Assembly (NCBI GenBank): GCA_965644495.1
Contig: CBFFSA010000009.1
Location: 1-64,000 of the forward strand
From: Perkinsela sp. CCAP 1560/9
Taxonomy: Eukaryota > Protista > Euglenozoa: Kinetoplastea
Length of the DNA: 64,000 nt
Direction of reading: 5' to 3'
The first letter of the stretch is position 1, and each line of letters opens with the position of its first letter. Made by a program: the position numbers and the translations under genes. Of this stretch, positions 1 to 11,700 are shown piece by piece. The notes below the pieces were generated by a model. It ran no database searches and was not told where the DNA came from. It was given only the letters and a program-made list of their open reading frames with translations.

Positions 1-264
1 CCCCTGGACCCCCCCCTGGACCCCCCCCCTGGACCCCCCCCCTGGACCCCCCCCCTGGACCCCCCCCCTGGACCCCCCCCCTGGACCCCCCCCCTGGACC
101 CCCCATTTTTTTCAAATTTTTTTTTCAGTTTTGGACCACCGGAGCCCCCTTTTATATTTTTTTCTTCTATTATATTACTGTGTTCCCCTTTATATTTTCA
201 CTGTTTTTGTTCACTTTTTTTTCAATAATCGAGTGTAGAGCGGTAGTTTTACAACCACCGCAAT
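1..264 (+). mobile_element. 3' part of hairpin-ended element (family H), with expanded C7-8TGGA tandem array at 1-105
   Basis: Matches 52305-52507. Confidence 0.9.
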
Positions 265-277
265 AATGATAATGGTA

Positions 278-1344
278 CAGTAAACGTCACTATTCTGAGA
301 GTCGCTAAAAATGAGAATTGGGCTGTCAACGTACAACTGGCTAAAATGAGGATGCACCTTGAAAAATGAGAATGGAGCTTCGGTCATGTGTCAACGTTCA
401 ATTCAATTTTACACTCAAAAATGAGAATTGAAAAAAGCGCCTTCGTTCTCTCAATGATTAACTCACCGCTTCATCTTCACTCACTGGAGAGTATGCGAGA
501 GATAAGTGGAGATCACTGGGGATACTATATATCCCCCCACAGTAATAGAATCGATTTTGGACCCAAATGGCCAAATCTCTGTTACTGGGGGGGTATGCTT
601 TTTTGGTGGGAAAACCTTTTTTACTCATGAGTTCGTTAATTTTCTGCCCTGACAACCCCGCAACTACGCCATTCGCTCCCGCGCAACCACCCTCACCCAG
701 CCCAGCGACCCCCACCCGCCCCAACACCCCCTCCCCCCTCCCACCACCATCCCGAGCTAAATCTCTGTTACTGGGGGTCAGCCGAAAAATCGTCCAATCT
801 CTGTTGCGGGGGGGTCTATTACTGGGGGGGGGGGGTATCATATACCGTGGGTGGCATACACCCCCCAGTAACAAGGATTTGTCCTTTATAGTCCAAAATC
901 GATTCCATTACTGAGGGAGTATAGGTAGGTGGAGATAGATGGGGTCACAGGGAATCACATGAGATCAATTTTATCGTTGTCCCATTCAGGTGGCTACGAG
1001 TAATGAAACTTTGTTTTTCTGAAAACAAAGCGCTATTACACAAAAGGAAACTGGCGCTGTTCGACCGCGGTGTTCTACTGATAGAGCGGCAACTCCGTAA
1101 ACCGAGGAGACAGTTGGAGATCTCTGGGGGTCATTTTTGTGCACCCAAAGCGGCCAGTTGCTCCGCTGCTAACGTTTTCCTTGCGAAACGTTTTCTTTTT
1201 TAAAAATGAGAATTGGGATTTGACCTCATAAAAAAGTGCCTGTCAACGTTCAACAGACTAATTCTGAGAATAGTGACGAAAAACGACAAAAAAGCCGTTT
1301 TTTCTGTGTCAAAGTACAACTGAGCATTCTGAAATAATTTACTG
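278..1344. mobile_element. TA-flanked non-autonomous element
   Basis: Short TIR CAGTAAA / TTTACTG; repeated AAAATGAGAATTG and TGTCAACGT(A/T)CAA near both ends. Confidence 0.6.
532..919. mobile_element. Stowaway-like MITE nested in 278..1344
   Basis: Inverted CAGTAAT(A/G)GAATCGATTTTGGAC, right end reads TA-CTCCCTC; related end at 41155-41220. Confidence 0.72.
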
Positions 1345-1431
1345 TAATAATAATATCAAAGAAATTATCATTCTTCAGGATTATCATTATGATTATTAAT
1401 GACAGGCGGAATGGACCCCCTAAACAAGTTA

Positions 1432-1577
1432 CTGATACCCCTCTTTATACTTCAGGCTGTGAAACCCCTTTATAAGCCATAAAAGAAATTTCAAAAGTTC
1501 AGGTTCCGCGCTTCAAAATCTTCTAAACGTGTTGTTCTAAAAGTCTGAAACCGGCGGAAGTATAAAAGTTCACAGTA
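1432..1577. mobile_element. Small MITE related to the 22162 pogo-like ends
   Basis: TTTATACTTC / CGGAAGTATAAA ends with TA flanks. Confidence 0.55.
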
Positions 1578-1735
1578 ATTTGAGGGGCTGCAGGTGAAAC
1601 CTAGTGAAATCTCGCCACCGCAACCCCTCATTTGTTTATAGGAAATCTATATTTCATGAAATAGCTCCTAACTACTCTACTGGTGCACTGTAAAATCTAA
1701 GAAAATCTGAACGTTGTTTACAGATTATCGTTTTC

Positions 1736-2551
1736 ATGCTCCGGAGAACTGTTTGCGCGGACGTCTCACGTGGGGCTAAGGTAAGGAACACCTTGTTGCC
1801 CCCTCATGTGCAACTTCTTTGTTTCTTAAAGCACGTGACGAATCCGCATTCTACGTGGAAGGAATCCACCCCATTAACCGAGTGGGAAGGAGTAAAATTA
1901 AACGAAGACAGAAGACCCAGATATATTGAGTTCACTACCCAACGGTTAAAAGGCGAACTGCGCTGGGAGCTTCTCCCCGACACGATCAAAACTTGTATTA
2001 TTTACGGTACGGAGCTGATCGGAACGATTCCATGGGGCTCACTGCCACGTGCTCTGACTTGTCTTGAGTTGCAACACTGTAAATTCTCTGGTGCTCTTCC
2101 CACAGGACTGAATCCACTTCCTGAGAGTGTCTCCACACTTAGGCTCGACGAGAACCATTTTTCAGGTCCTATAGAACTAGAGGCGTTATCCCAAAAACTC
2201 GAAATGCTCTCCATTTCAAACAATTTATTAGCCGGGGAATTCGACCTCACTCGACTTCCACGTACCCTTCAAATGGTTTGGGCCAATGAGAGCGGCTTTA
2301 CGGGCCCTTTGGTGCTTACGTCGCTCCCACCCACGCTGGAGTCTTTGCTCCTTCGTGGCAACGCGTTCTCCGGATCCATCGATTTAACGAAGCTCCCGAA
2401 AACTATGTACAGCTTGGATCTCAGCTGCAATGAACTTTCCGGAGTTGTGCGATGGGGGAATTTACCGCATGGCTTTGTGATTTTTCGGTTGATGGCAAAC
2501 CGTTTCAGTTCGTATGATCCACCGCAGACCCCGGATATCATGCTTATTTGA
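1736..2551 (+). CDS. LRR protein (paralog 1), 271 aa
   Basis: N-cap (RGAKV..LPP..W..STPLTEWEGV) followed by ~23-aa repeats of type LDLTxLPxxLxxLxLxxNxFSG; no intron. Confidence 0.9.
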   Translation: MLRRTVCADVSRGAKVRNTLLPPHVQLLCFLKHVTNPHSTWKESTPLTEWEGVKLNEDRRPRYIEFTTQRLKGELRWELLPDTIKTCIIYGTELIGTIPWGSLPRALTCLELQHCKFSGALPTGLNPLPESVSTLRLDENHFSGPIELEALSQKLEMLSISNNLLAGEFDLTRLPRTLQMVWANESGFTGPLVLTSLPPTLESLLLRGNAFSGSIDLTKLPKTMYSLDLSCNELSGVVRWGNLPHGFVIFRLMANRFSSYDPPQTPDIMLI

Positions 2552-2673
2552 ATAGCCGATGCTCTCAGGGTAGGATATAGAAGAAAGAGTGTACGAAAGA
2601 GTGTAATGCATTGCGAAGATTTATGGAGGAGAATTTGAACTTGGGGTCATAGATTCATACGTTCATTATTCGA

Positions 2674-2801
2674 GGGGCTGCGGGTATGATCTCGTGTGAT
2701 CTCATGTGATCTCGCATGATCTCGTTTTGGCGCCGCCCAACCACCTTTCTGAGACAAATCCGCTGCCGCGAGATCTCGTTTTGGGCCTCACCCGCAGCCC
2801 A
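2674..2801. mobile_element. Tourist-like MITE; a shorter relative lies at 1584-1628
   Basis: TIR GGGCTGCGGGT / ACCCGCAGCCC, internal TGATCTC repeats, NNA/TAA-type flanks. Confidence 0.55.
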
Positions 2802-3810
2802 TAACTTTATTCTAAGAGGAAAGGTACGTAAATTTATTGTCCGAGGTCCGTTTATGTCTGAGGAAAGGTACGTATGTCAGCCTTGAAAAGAGATTGATTT
2901 TTCGATACGTTACTTGTCCAGATACGCTATTTATCCCAAAACTGTTGATTTTGGGAGTCAAAAAGCAGAATGAGTGAAGAGGGAAGTAGAGGTATCTTTC
3001 TAACCTTCTAAACCTGCTCATTTTTGGCAATATTTGCCAGAAGGCACCAGGATCGGTTAAACCTCTAAAAAGCGATTCGGCCGACCGTGCCACGACAGGA
3101 ATCATTCCGGATGAGTTCCCACCTCCACCTTTGAAGGAAGAATTCGTGCTGCAAGTTCCGACAAAAAACAATTTCCTGCGATGCTTCATGAATCTTAGTT
3201 TGGATCTGAACACGCCCATTACCTGAGGGCATAAATATTGGTAGAAAATGTTGGCGAACGGGCGTTTCGATTAAGTGTGTTCTCCAAACGATCGGAAAGC
3301 TACGCCTTCCTGCATTGCTTCCTAGAGCATGCCTTCGATACAGGGCTTTCATTTTGTTCCGATACAGGCGACAAGCTGGTCACTCGTCATAGTTTTATTC
3401 CTTGGTCATTTTTTGTAGGATCGAGGATGTGCTTAGCGTGAGTTTGACATTTGTGTTGGTCATCGAGTGTATTGGCGTTAGGGGTTCCGCTCTCACGATG
3501 TATGTGCCTCCGTAAGGGGGTTGCTGGGACATAATAGAAGGTTCCGGCTTGCTTTTCTTCGCAATTTCATATCGACGAACTCTAGAAGAGTCTTTTGAAA
3601 AGAAAATTCCGGCGCCCGTGCTACACCACAACGACAAAAAGAGTAAAGGCAAGAGACTCCCCAAGGGAACATCTTGTCAGTGGTATTTAGGTCCATGTTG
3701 GAGTGATACCTTTCGGTCAACCCAATTACGTTTTTCGGCCGTTTTTCAAAGACATCTTTCGTTCATTTTTGTAAAATTCAGACTGTCCCTTTTATTCTTA
3801 TGTTACTGGA

Positions 3811-4322
3811 CACTATGCAGTTGTCCACTGCCATCCAGTGCGATGCGCTGCCATCCAGTGCCATCCAAAACAGAGGGAACCGAGCGAGGACCCAAGCGTG
3901 CCATGTCCGCCGGATGAGTGTAGGGCAAGTGATGGTCAAGATATGAAAAAGAAAACAAAAAGTATTCTTTTTTGTGCAAATTCAAATCGATTAATACATT
4001 AATTTACATTATGTAGTGTGTGTCAGTGTTGCGCTCTCACAGTATGTATGTCAAATTAGTTCAGTGAACACATAAAAAATGGCAGCGTTTCGAAGACAGA
4101 TAGAAAATTTCAAGACAGTACTTCGTATATGGGATCTGTAGTGAGATAAAAATTAAGCTTTCTCCAAAAAATGAAGTATGAGATACTGGAATTTTGAGGA
4201 TAAAATAGAGAGCAAAAAGAATTATTATATAAAAAACAGAGGTATCAACAAAGGCATTACATATAAAAATTAGTCTTCCAGTGCCATGCGTTGCCATCCA
4301 GTGCCATCTAATTTTTATAGTG
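3811..4322. repeat. Dispersed repeat starting CACTATG (possibly Transib-like); second copy about 48829-49145
   Basis: Both copies begin CACTATG and share ~320 bp; this copy ends TATAGTG; no matching TSD. Confidence 0.5.
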
Positions 4323-4529
4323 TCCACTGTTACCCCACCCCCTTTACACTTCGCCCATTTTGAGCAGTAACGAAGCATAAAGTGGGGGGTCTGAATTTTT
4401 TCCCCGCTACAAAAAAAAGCCGCGCCGCTTCGCGGCGCGGCTCATCCAATTTTTCTGTCTTTCCTTTTATATCACCTTCAATTTCTAGAAGGGAAGGCTT
4501 AGAACGTTCTTGTTTTTTCTGAAGTGAAC

Positions 4530-4900
4530 CATTATCTCTTCCACGAATCCTGTTGAGGCGAACATCGAAACTCAAAACAGTTTTATCAATCATTTTTTGT
4601 GGCAAACGAGACCACGCATTCGGTCGTGTGCATCGGATGAGTGAAGATTTATCTGGAGTCTGCTCGTTCACTACCTCTTGGACCATAGACCAGACTTTTT
4701 CTATGGGAGAAAGGTTTGGTGAATTGGGGGGCAAATTTTTCAGTACATCTTTCATTCTATTCGTAATAGAAGAGGAGTAAAGCACGGACGTGATTAGAGA
4801 GTGTGTTGCAAATAGTTGCATGAGTGTATCTTTTCCCGTCTCCCGCAACAAAACTAACGAATCAGTATACATCCGACTACTAACGAATCAAGAAAACTAG
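4530..4900 (-). pseudogene. Tc1-like transposase C-terminal remnant
   Basis: PPNSPNLSPIEKVWSMVQE, related to 21182..21427. Confidence 0.75.
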
Positions 4901-5099
4901 GACCACATTCCACCATCTTCACATACTATGACCCCCCCTTTAATATGGACAGGGGGTATCCCCCCCCTTTATTATGGACAAATCCGACCGGGCGCCGCGC
5001 AGCGGCGCCAATTTTTTTTTTGGCGTACCCTTTTTTTTGTCTCCTTTTTTCTGTTTTTTAAGGTATCTGTAGCTAGGTAATTTTGTCAGCTTTCACATA

Positions 5100-6658
5100 C
5101 AGGGGTGAAAATCCCATGGTGGGGGGGGTCTAAAATTCGTAAAATTTGTCCAATTTTGGAAAATAATAGCGCGTTCGAGAGCTCTCGCAGAGTTGTATGT
5201 TTTAAGATAGGCAGTTTGCGGGGGTTAGGGGGGTACCCCCCTTTGATGGAAGAGTCAAAAACACGATTTGCAAATTTGAAAAACTGTAAAAAATGGTCAA
5301 AAATTACCCTTAATACCCACAGGAAGACCCGTTTCGCTCAATAACGATGCGACAACGCTTGCGGAAACTGCTCATCGTGTTAATACATTCTTGCCTGCGT
5401 TCTGATTGTAATCTTTCGAACGCTGTCTCAATAGCCGATACTAATTCAGCCCGATTCTTGGGTCGAAGATCATTTTTGATCCTGTCCATGGTCCCCCAAA
5501 GGTTTTCAATGGTATTTAAATCGGGGGATTTTGCAGGCCAAGAGAGTACATTAATACCTTCGTTGCGAAAGGTTGTTCGCGCAGAATTATGAACAGGACA
5601 ATTATCCATTGCAACGACCCCAGATGGGTGGCGCCTCAAATAATTTAAAAGTCCTTTGCGCTTCTTCATGGCGTCATTGAAAACATCCCCTGTTACAGTT
5701 ACTTTTCGGCCGGAAGGGTCGTGGGAGGGAAAAATGTGTAGATGAAATCCATGATTTAAACTGACCCCCATCCACACCATGACGCCGTTCCCTCCATACC
5801 AAGGTTCTAGCTCTCCCTGCTGTTCCTTGGCGGGGTCAGTCTTCCGGCAAAGGTAAGTAATTTTGTTTCGTCCCCTACCGCAAGTGAACTTCTTCTCATC
5901 GCAGAAAACAATTTGTCTCAGTTGGATATCTGACCAAGTGAGCATCTCAGAACAAAAATGCACTCGTTTCCTCTTGTGTTCATCGGTCAGTGCGGGCTTT
6001 CTTTTTAAAGTTCGCATGATCATACCATGGCTCTTCATAGCGTTAACCAAAGTTGGTCTTGAACACTGAAATCCAAGAGAAAGAACAACTCTATGGAGTG
6101 CACACCAGTTCTCAATCCCGTACGGGAGGTCACGGTATCCCTCATCAATGAGGCGGATAGCTGCTTCGTGCAGCGCAGGGGTACTGACAGGAGATGGGCG
6201 TGAAATAGGAGAGCTTTCCACGTCTCCAGTGTTCTCATAGCGTATCACAAGACGTTTTACTGTATTTTCGTGGACGCCGAAGTTTTGGGCTGTCCGAGAA
6301 TAGGACCCTGTCTCAAGATAATCTGAGACAAGAAGCATACGGTGACTTGGTAACACCCGTGCGGGGGAGGAATAGGACCTGTCGCTGAGTACACCACGTG
6401 AGGTTCGGGAACGAATCCGTTTCTGGGGCATATAGTGCTAATATTGACTGAAAAACAGCTAAAAACTGAAAAAACGTAAATTTGGGCAAGAAAAAAAATC
6501 ATGATTTTTTTTGTCTCATCGTTTCATGTTGAGTCACAGGCCGCAAATAGTGCTAAAACATACAACTCTGTGAGAGCTCTCGAATGCGCTATTACTTTCC
6601 AAAATTGGATAATTTTTACGAATTTTAGGCCCCCCCCACCACGAGGTTTTCACCCCTG
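5100..6658 (-). mobile_element. Full-length Tc1/IS630-like transposon
   Basis: ~100-bp imperfect TIRs starting CAGGGGTGAAAA, TA on both sides, intact transposase ORF. Confidence 0.95.
5310..6431 (-). CDS. Tc1-like transposase, 373 aa, DD32E
   Basis: N-terminal HTH, KP.LT..H...R..F, FCDEK, VMVW, MDN, WPAKSPDLNTIENLW. Confidence 0.95.
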   Translation of the reverse strand: MPQKRIRSRTSRGVLSDRSYSSPARVLPSHRMLLVSDYLETGSYSRTAQNFGVHENTVKRLVIRYENTGDVESSPISRPSPVSTPALHEAAIRLIDEGYRDLPYGIENWCALHRVVLSLGFQCSRPTLVNAMKSHGMIMRTLKRKPALTDEHKRKRVHFCSEMLTWSDIQLRQIVFCDEKKFTCGRGRNKITYLCRKTDPAKEQQGELEPWYGGNGVMVWMGVSLNHGFHLHIFPSHDPSGRKVTVTGDVFNDAMKKRKGLLNYLRRHPSGVVAMDNCPVHNSARTTFRNEGINVLSWPAKSPDLNTIENLWGTMDRIKNDLRPKNRAELVSAIETAFERLQSERRQECINTMSSFRKRCRIVIERNGSSCGY

Positions 6659-8061
6659 TATGTAGTTCGTCATGTTCATATAATTCAGTCATTTTTCAAC
6701 CTAATGAATTCCGTGGAAGGATCCTTAACCTCTTGGATTAAGGCAACACCCCCAAAGCCACAGGTAGGTAATCCAACAATGTTGATTACAAATGAGCGCA
6801 ATGTCCACGCTTCTTTAGATATCCACGTAAAGGAGAAAAGAGGACGAACTGAGCTTAATATATACGAGAAGCGCGAAATCTGCCGATCGACTCTCTCGGT
6901 AAAAAGAATCCGAGAAAGATACGGAATTTCGCGAAGCGAAGTATATTAAATCCGTAGCCACGGTATGAGCTACTTTCAAAAACTCATTGATCGTTCCATG
7001 TGGAACAACCACAGGAATCGTGCTTTTAACGTTCGAGGAGGCGACTACAATGATCCCGAAGCAGTCTGCTACAATAAGTGTGAGGCAATGGAACTGGTAC
7101 ACCGCTCCATGTGGACACAGAGGGGTGGGATCAGTCAGTAGCGTATGATGATACTTTTGAATTGTAAAAGGGCTGTTATTTTATTTTGTTATGATAAGTT
7201 TACGTGGTTTTTTTTCCGTGAGCCCTTAGCGTTGGTCTTGTTTTTTCCCGTCGTGAACGTAAGTTCTTTCTTTCCACCTTTAGTTCATTTGTGTGAAACT
7301 TTGTATGAGTAGGAAGTTTGGGCTCGATTTTTACGTTAGAACATCTACAATTTAACTGAATGGAACCTTTATAGCTACACGGAATATAGAGCTGAATGTG
7401 AGCATGCATGATTTTTTGCTTGTTATTAATTTTTTATTCCTAATTATAGTGTACATCAATAATGTATATCCTCCATGTACCCTTCACCCTTATGAAGAAG
7501 TGCCCTTCACCCCTCATTGACGCCCTCCTCCCCCGCCCTCTTCCTCTGCTCTCTTCGCCCTCTCTCCTGGACATAGATTTTACAATTTTGATTTTTGTCA
7601 TATTATAAATAAAAAAGGCGCCGCGAAGCGGCGCCAAATTTTTTTTCACACCTCTTTCATCGCCCCCCCCCCCCCCTTTATTATGGACAAAAGCCGAAAA
7701 AGTGTCCATATTAAAGGGGGGGTCACAGTACTTGGACGACAAAACATCTCGACTTGAGGCTGCGGAACTACTTCTCCTTTCCATAGTCGGCAATGTACTG
7801 ACCAGAGAATTTATGTGATTGAGAGATCCAGCTAGAGTGGATGGATCTCGGATGCCTGTCTCGAATTTCCTTGTGCTGTCTAGCAAGATCCCCAATTGTT
7901 TCGTCCTTTGACGTGGGGCCCGTGACGAGGTGCGGCGAATTAATATTTGATAAGGTCCTTTTTTCCCACATAAAAAGTCGTTTTACCCGTGAAACACAAC
8001 CTGGAATTGTACTTATTTACATTACTTCAAGACTAGTCTTTCTAAAACATTGATTATTGCT

Positions 8062-8784
8062 ATGCTTTGCTCTATGCTTTCGGCGGATGTAACGGAACCG
8101 TTAAGAAAGGAAGCCCATAGAGAAACGAACTCTTCCGAGACGACGCCTTCAACGAGTAGTTCTAATGTTACACGCACATCTCGTCCATCCAAAGTCAGTG
8201 CCGTGTCGTTACCTGTGGAGTACGATTTGATGAGACTCGTAGAAAACCCTCCACGCTCGTGGTCCACCGATACTCCGGGATGTAGATGGGATGGGGTCAC
8301 ATGTAACGACAAGGGCGATGTGCTTGAGATAAACTGGAGTGTCAGGATGGGCGAGGACACTAGGGAGAAACTACAAGGTCAGTTCAATGTAAAATATTTG
8401 CCGTGCGAATTGGAAACTTTACAACTAGCCTCCAATTCTCTATCGGGTGAGTTTCCCTTCAATCAGTTGCCTCCGGAATTGAAAGACATTACCATATCCA
8501 ACAACAAGTTCACGGGCACTCCAGATTTTCGTCACTTGCCCCCCTTTCTAGTCTATCTTAATATGTGTGACAATAAATTGTCTGGTCATATTGAATTCGA
8601 TTTCGTGCACGAAAACTTGCGTAACATGAGCTTAGCTTTTAATGCAGAACTTGAAGGCTTCCTAAAAATCAGAGACGAGTTAAAAAATCTGTATTATACT
8701 GTAGCGCACACAAAGATTACGGTAAGCAATGGTAAGGTGACACGCTACAGACCGAGGAGGAATACGTGGACGATGGTGAGTTAA
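8062..8784 (+). CDS. LRR protein (paralog 2)
   Basis: ORF track 8050..8784, first ATG at 8062; N-cap LPVEYDL..W..TPGCRWDGVTC plus LRRs. Confidence 0.88.
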   Translation: MLCSMLSADVTEPLRKEAHRETNSSETTPSTSSSNVTRTSRPSKVSAVSLPVEYDLMRLVENPPRSWSTDTPGCRWDGVTCNDKGDVLEINWSVRMGEDTREKLQGQFNVKYLPCELETLQLASNSLSGEFPFNQLPPELKDITISNNKFTGTPDFRHLPPFLVYLNMCDNKLSGHIEFDFVHENLRNMSLAFNAELEGFLKIRDELKNLYYTVAHTKITVSNGKVTRYRPRRNTWTMVS

Positions 8785-11700
8785 TACCTGTAATGGGAAA
8801 TAGACACGACGAACCTCAGCATACAAAAAATAATTGACAAATAAATAGTTGATGCTGCGCTGGGATATAATTCAAATTGGGAGTTAAATATTATAGAATT
8901 AGACGGTCTAATTTATGTACTATAGTGTTAGTGTGAATAATATAGTGTTCGGAGAGTTTTGTTTCTGAGAATGTTGTACAGTTACTATTTTGTCAGGGCG
9001 CGCAATAACATCTACTCTAATATACGGATATTTTCTGGTTTTTTTTCATGCTTTGCCTCATACTTTTTAGGACCATTAGAGCTACACATTTTCCCCACAC
9101 TTAAATTTGACTTGTATTATTCCAACGCGCGATATTTTGTTCTTTCCCATACAGTAATAGTCAGCACCATAAGCTTAAAATATCGGCGTGCTAGCTGCTT
9201 CGTTAAAAAGCGGTGGTTGTTGTTAAACGGGGCTTCGCAAATTGCTTCCCACTAACGACGTCGCGTATGACTCAGGCCCGCTCGCGCTGGCCCTCGCCAT
9301 ACCACCCCCTTGGGCTTCGCAAATTGCATCCCACTACCGACGTTCGTGCTGCATGTAGTTTCTGCAAAAACTACGAGTAGCAGGACTCTTTATATTTTCA
9401 CCGTTTTTGTTCACTTTTTTTTTCAATAATCGAGGGTAGAGCGGTAGTTATACAACCACCGCAATTAATAATTATTGTCATAAAAACCATTACAGCAGTT
9501 ATGCACTGCTTACAGGTTTCCACACAACTCCGGTGCCATTAGCCGTGAGGATGATAGAGTAACCTTTGCGATCGACGTTCATCAGACTTATCATCTCGAG
9601 AAAGTTCCGGACCCGCTCGTCGGCATCTGTCGGAACGAGTTGAGCGCAACCGCTTACACGGCGGCGACAAACGTTCGCGCTTGTGTAAAGTCATATTGAA
9701 ATTTTGTGAAAAAATGCTGACCCCCCCACTTAAGAGTCCGGAAAATTGTGACCCCCCTACTTAAGAGTCCAAATGCCCAAAATCGGCGGACTCTTAAGTA
9801 GGGGGGACCGTACGATATTCTAGAGTAGGTCAAATTACTGCTTGTGTACATCTCATACCACTCGTTGCAGAGATCGATTGCCATGATGTAGTGCTTTAGA
9901 TTAAAGATAAATACGCACGGGGGCCATCGGCTCAAGAGAGTATCCTCATAGGACAACCGACACCGATGCATGAATTGCATCGATAAGTTAGTCCTAGTAC
10001 CAGAACAACGTCCTGACGAGTGAAGCCAAGATGTGTTCCTTCAGGACTCCATCCAACGGCACGATTTTGCCCTCCACACTCACACTGGCACTTCGACTCC
10101 AAAAATTTATGGAGGGCCCCAAAGAACAAAGCGAGATAAGAAATAAGTTTCTGCATGAGGAAGAAGTTTGTCGTCTGGACTGCAAAATATTCGATATGTA
10201 GGCGCAAGGGGTTGTTTGTTCATACAGGGCAGTACCTGTAGAGATAATTAGGTCGAGCAGGGGTAAACGCAATCAATGTTCCTTGCTGGACCCTTTCGCC
10301 TCCCGAGGCAACACGGAAAAGCGCGGGATATCCTCCCCAGGAAAGCGAAAAGAGACGGCCTCATCGAGATAAGGTGTTCCCAGATGTTCAGTAAGCGCAA
10401 TGCTCCAGGGAAGACATACGGATTCGTGGGACACGGATGGTATTCCCATCGTACATGCTACAAATGACTTCCATGGTTCATGATACAACATGGTCAGGGC
10501 CATGGATGCATGCTGACAAATGGAGTCATGATTCATGATGTATCATGGGCATCGGGGTCCCAGAGAATCCGCCACGGCTGGTGAGCAAGAGAGGCGCACG
10601 GAACATCCTCTAGAACACACATACAACGTGTTTGCTCGCCGTGTGGGAGATTTTCGGTATATGGAAGCCTTCTACGCGCAGAAGTACCGGTGTCGCCGGA
10701 TAGTGAAGGCACGCCGCGTGGTCCCGTAGTAGGGTCCTGCAGCGCATGAGGACTCGGAACCGTGTTCCGAGCGGGGTGGTGGGAGATAAGGGAAGGGAGG
10801 CGCACCCCTACTTTGCGACAAGAGGGACAGTTCCTCTCCTAGCGCCATCCGGAAATGGGCATTGAGATTGTGAAAATATGCCCGTTTCCGGGAGAGAGAA
10901 GATGAGCTAGGAGAAAAAGTACAACAAGTTGTGTCGCGCGATAGAGGCAGCAAAGCGAATCTGACGTAATTACGATTCAGGAAAAATGCCCCAATGACCT
11001 CTGTCGTCTCGTAAGGATAGAAGTTTCTTACATTTTGTACATGGAGTATTATCACTGTCTGTCTCATTCATCACCGGCAAGCAACCGAGACAGATCTTTT
11101 CCAGATAGGGAGCGATAGCATTTTAATTCTCCCACCTGCTCCTTATAATCAATAATCCTTTGCGCGGCCTCATCAACTTTCTTTTGCAAGTTGGGAGAAA
11201 GATAATTTTGCTTCATGAGTTCACGGCGGAGTTGCACAAGTTTATTCTCTATATCTTGAACCAAGGCTTCTTGTGCCTTTCGAACGTTAATAGATGCCTC
11301 GTCCTCGCCGTGCTCAGTATTGTCCTCGAGATCAGATTCAATAACATAGGCATAGAGACAGAGATCAAGTTGACGAAATACATTGTCGCTAATTCCTTAT
11401 TTTTTCAATGACCCATATTTTCTATAAGCCAAAAAGTCAAATGACAAGTGTATTTTGTGTTGACATTATGTTAAAGAAGAAATTGACAGGAGGTTTTCAA
11501 TATGTTGACGTTATGTTATCGTTAGCATAGTATGTTGCTGACAATGTTGTGGGTGGACATCTTCCCCCAGTGATTAATTTTGATAAATGGACTTTTTCGC
11601 CTATAAAACGTTTCGTCAGGCTAAAGTGCACGAGGGAGATGCTAAAGGTACCTTTGGCAAACCACCACAAAAGTAGAACATTATCTCTCGTTAACGATTT

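Larger units (their letters stand above)
4926..7728. mobile_element. pogo-like non-autonomous element containing the intact Tc1
   Basis: TIR CT(A/G)TGACCCCCCCTTTAATATGGACA, TA flanks; HTH-like remnant 6704..6949 on +. Confidence 0.75.

Noticed and set aside
1-105. Telomeric repeat at the window start
   Set aside because: Not TTAGGG-like; it is the internal tandem of family H, also seen at about 52305 and 40220.
8287-8436. Diversity-generating retroelement TR/VR pair
   Set aside because: Differences are not adenine-specific, both copies are full genes, and no RT is present.
10270-10730. Decayed Fanzor/TnpB or Harbinger-type ORF (APGKTYGFVG, EAFYAQKYR)
   Set aside because: Only vague motif echoes across frameshifts with no complete catalytic set; an HMM search would be needed.
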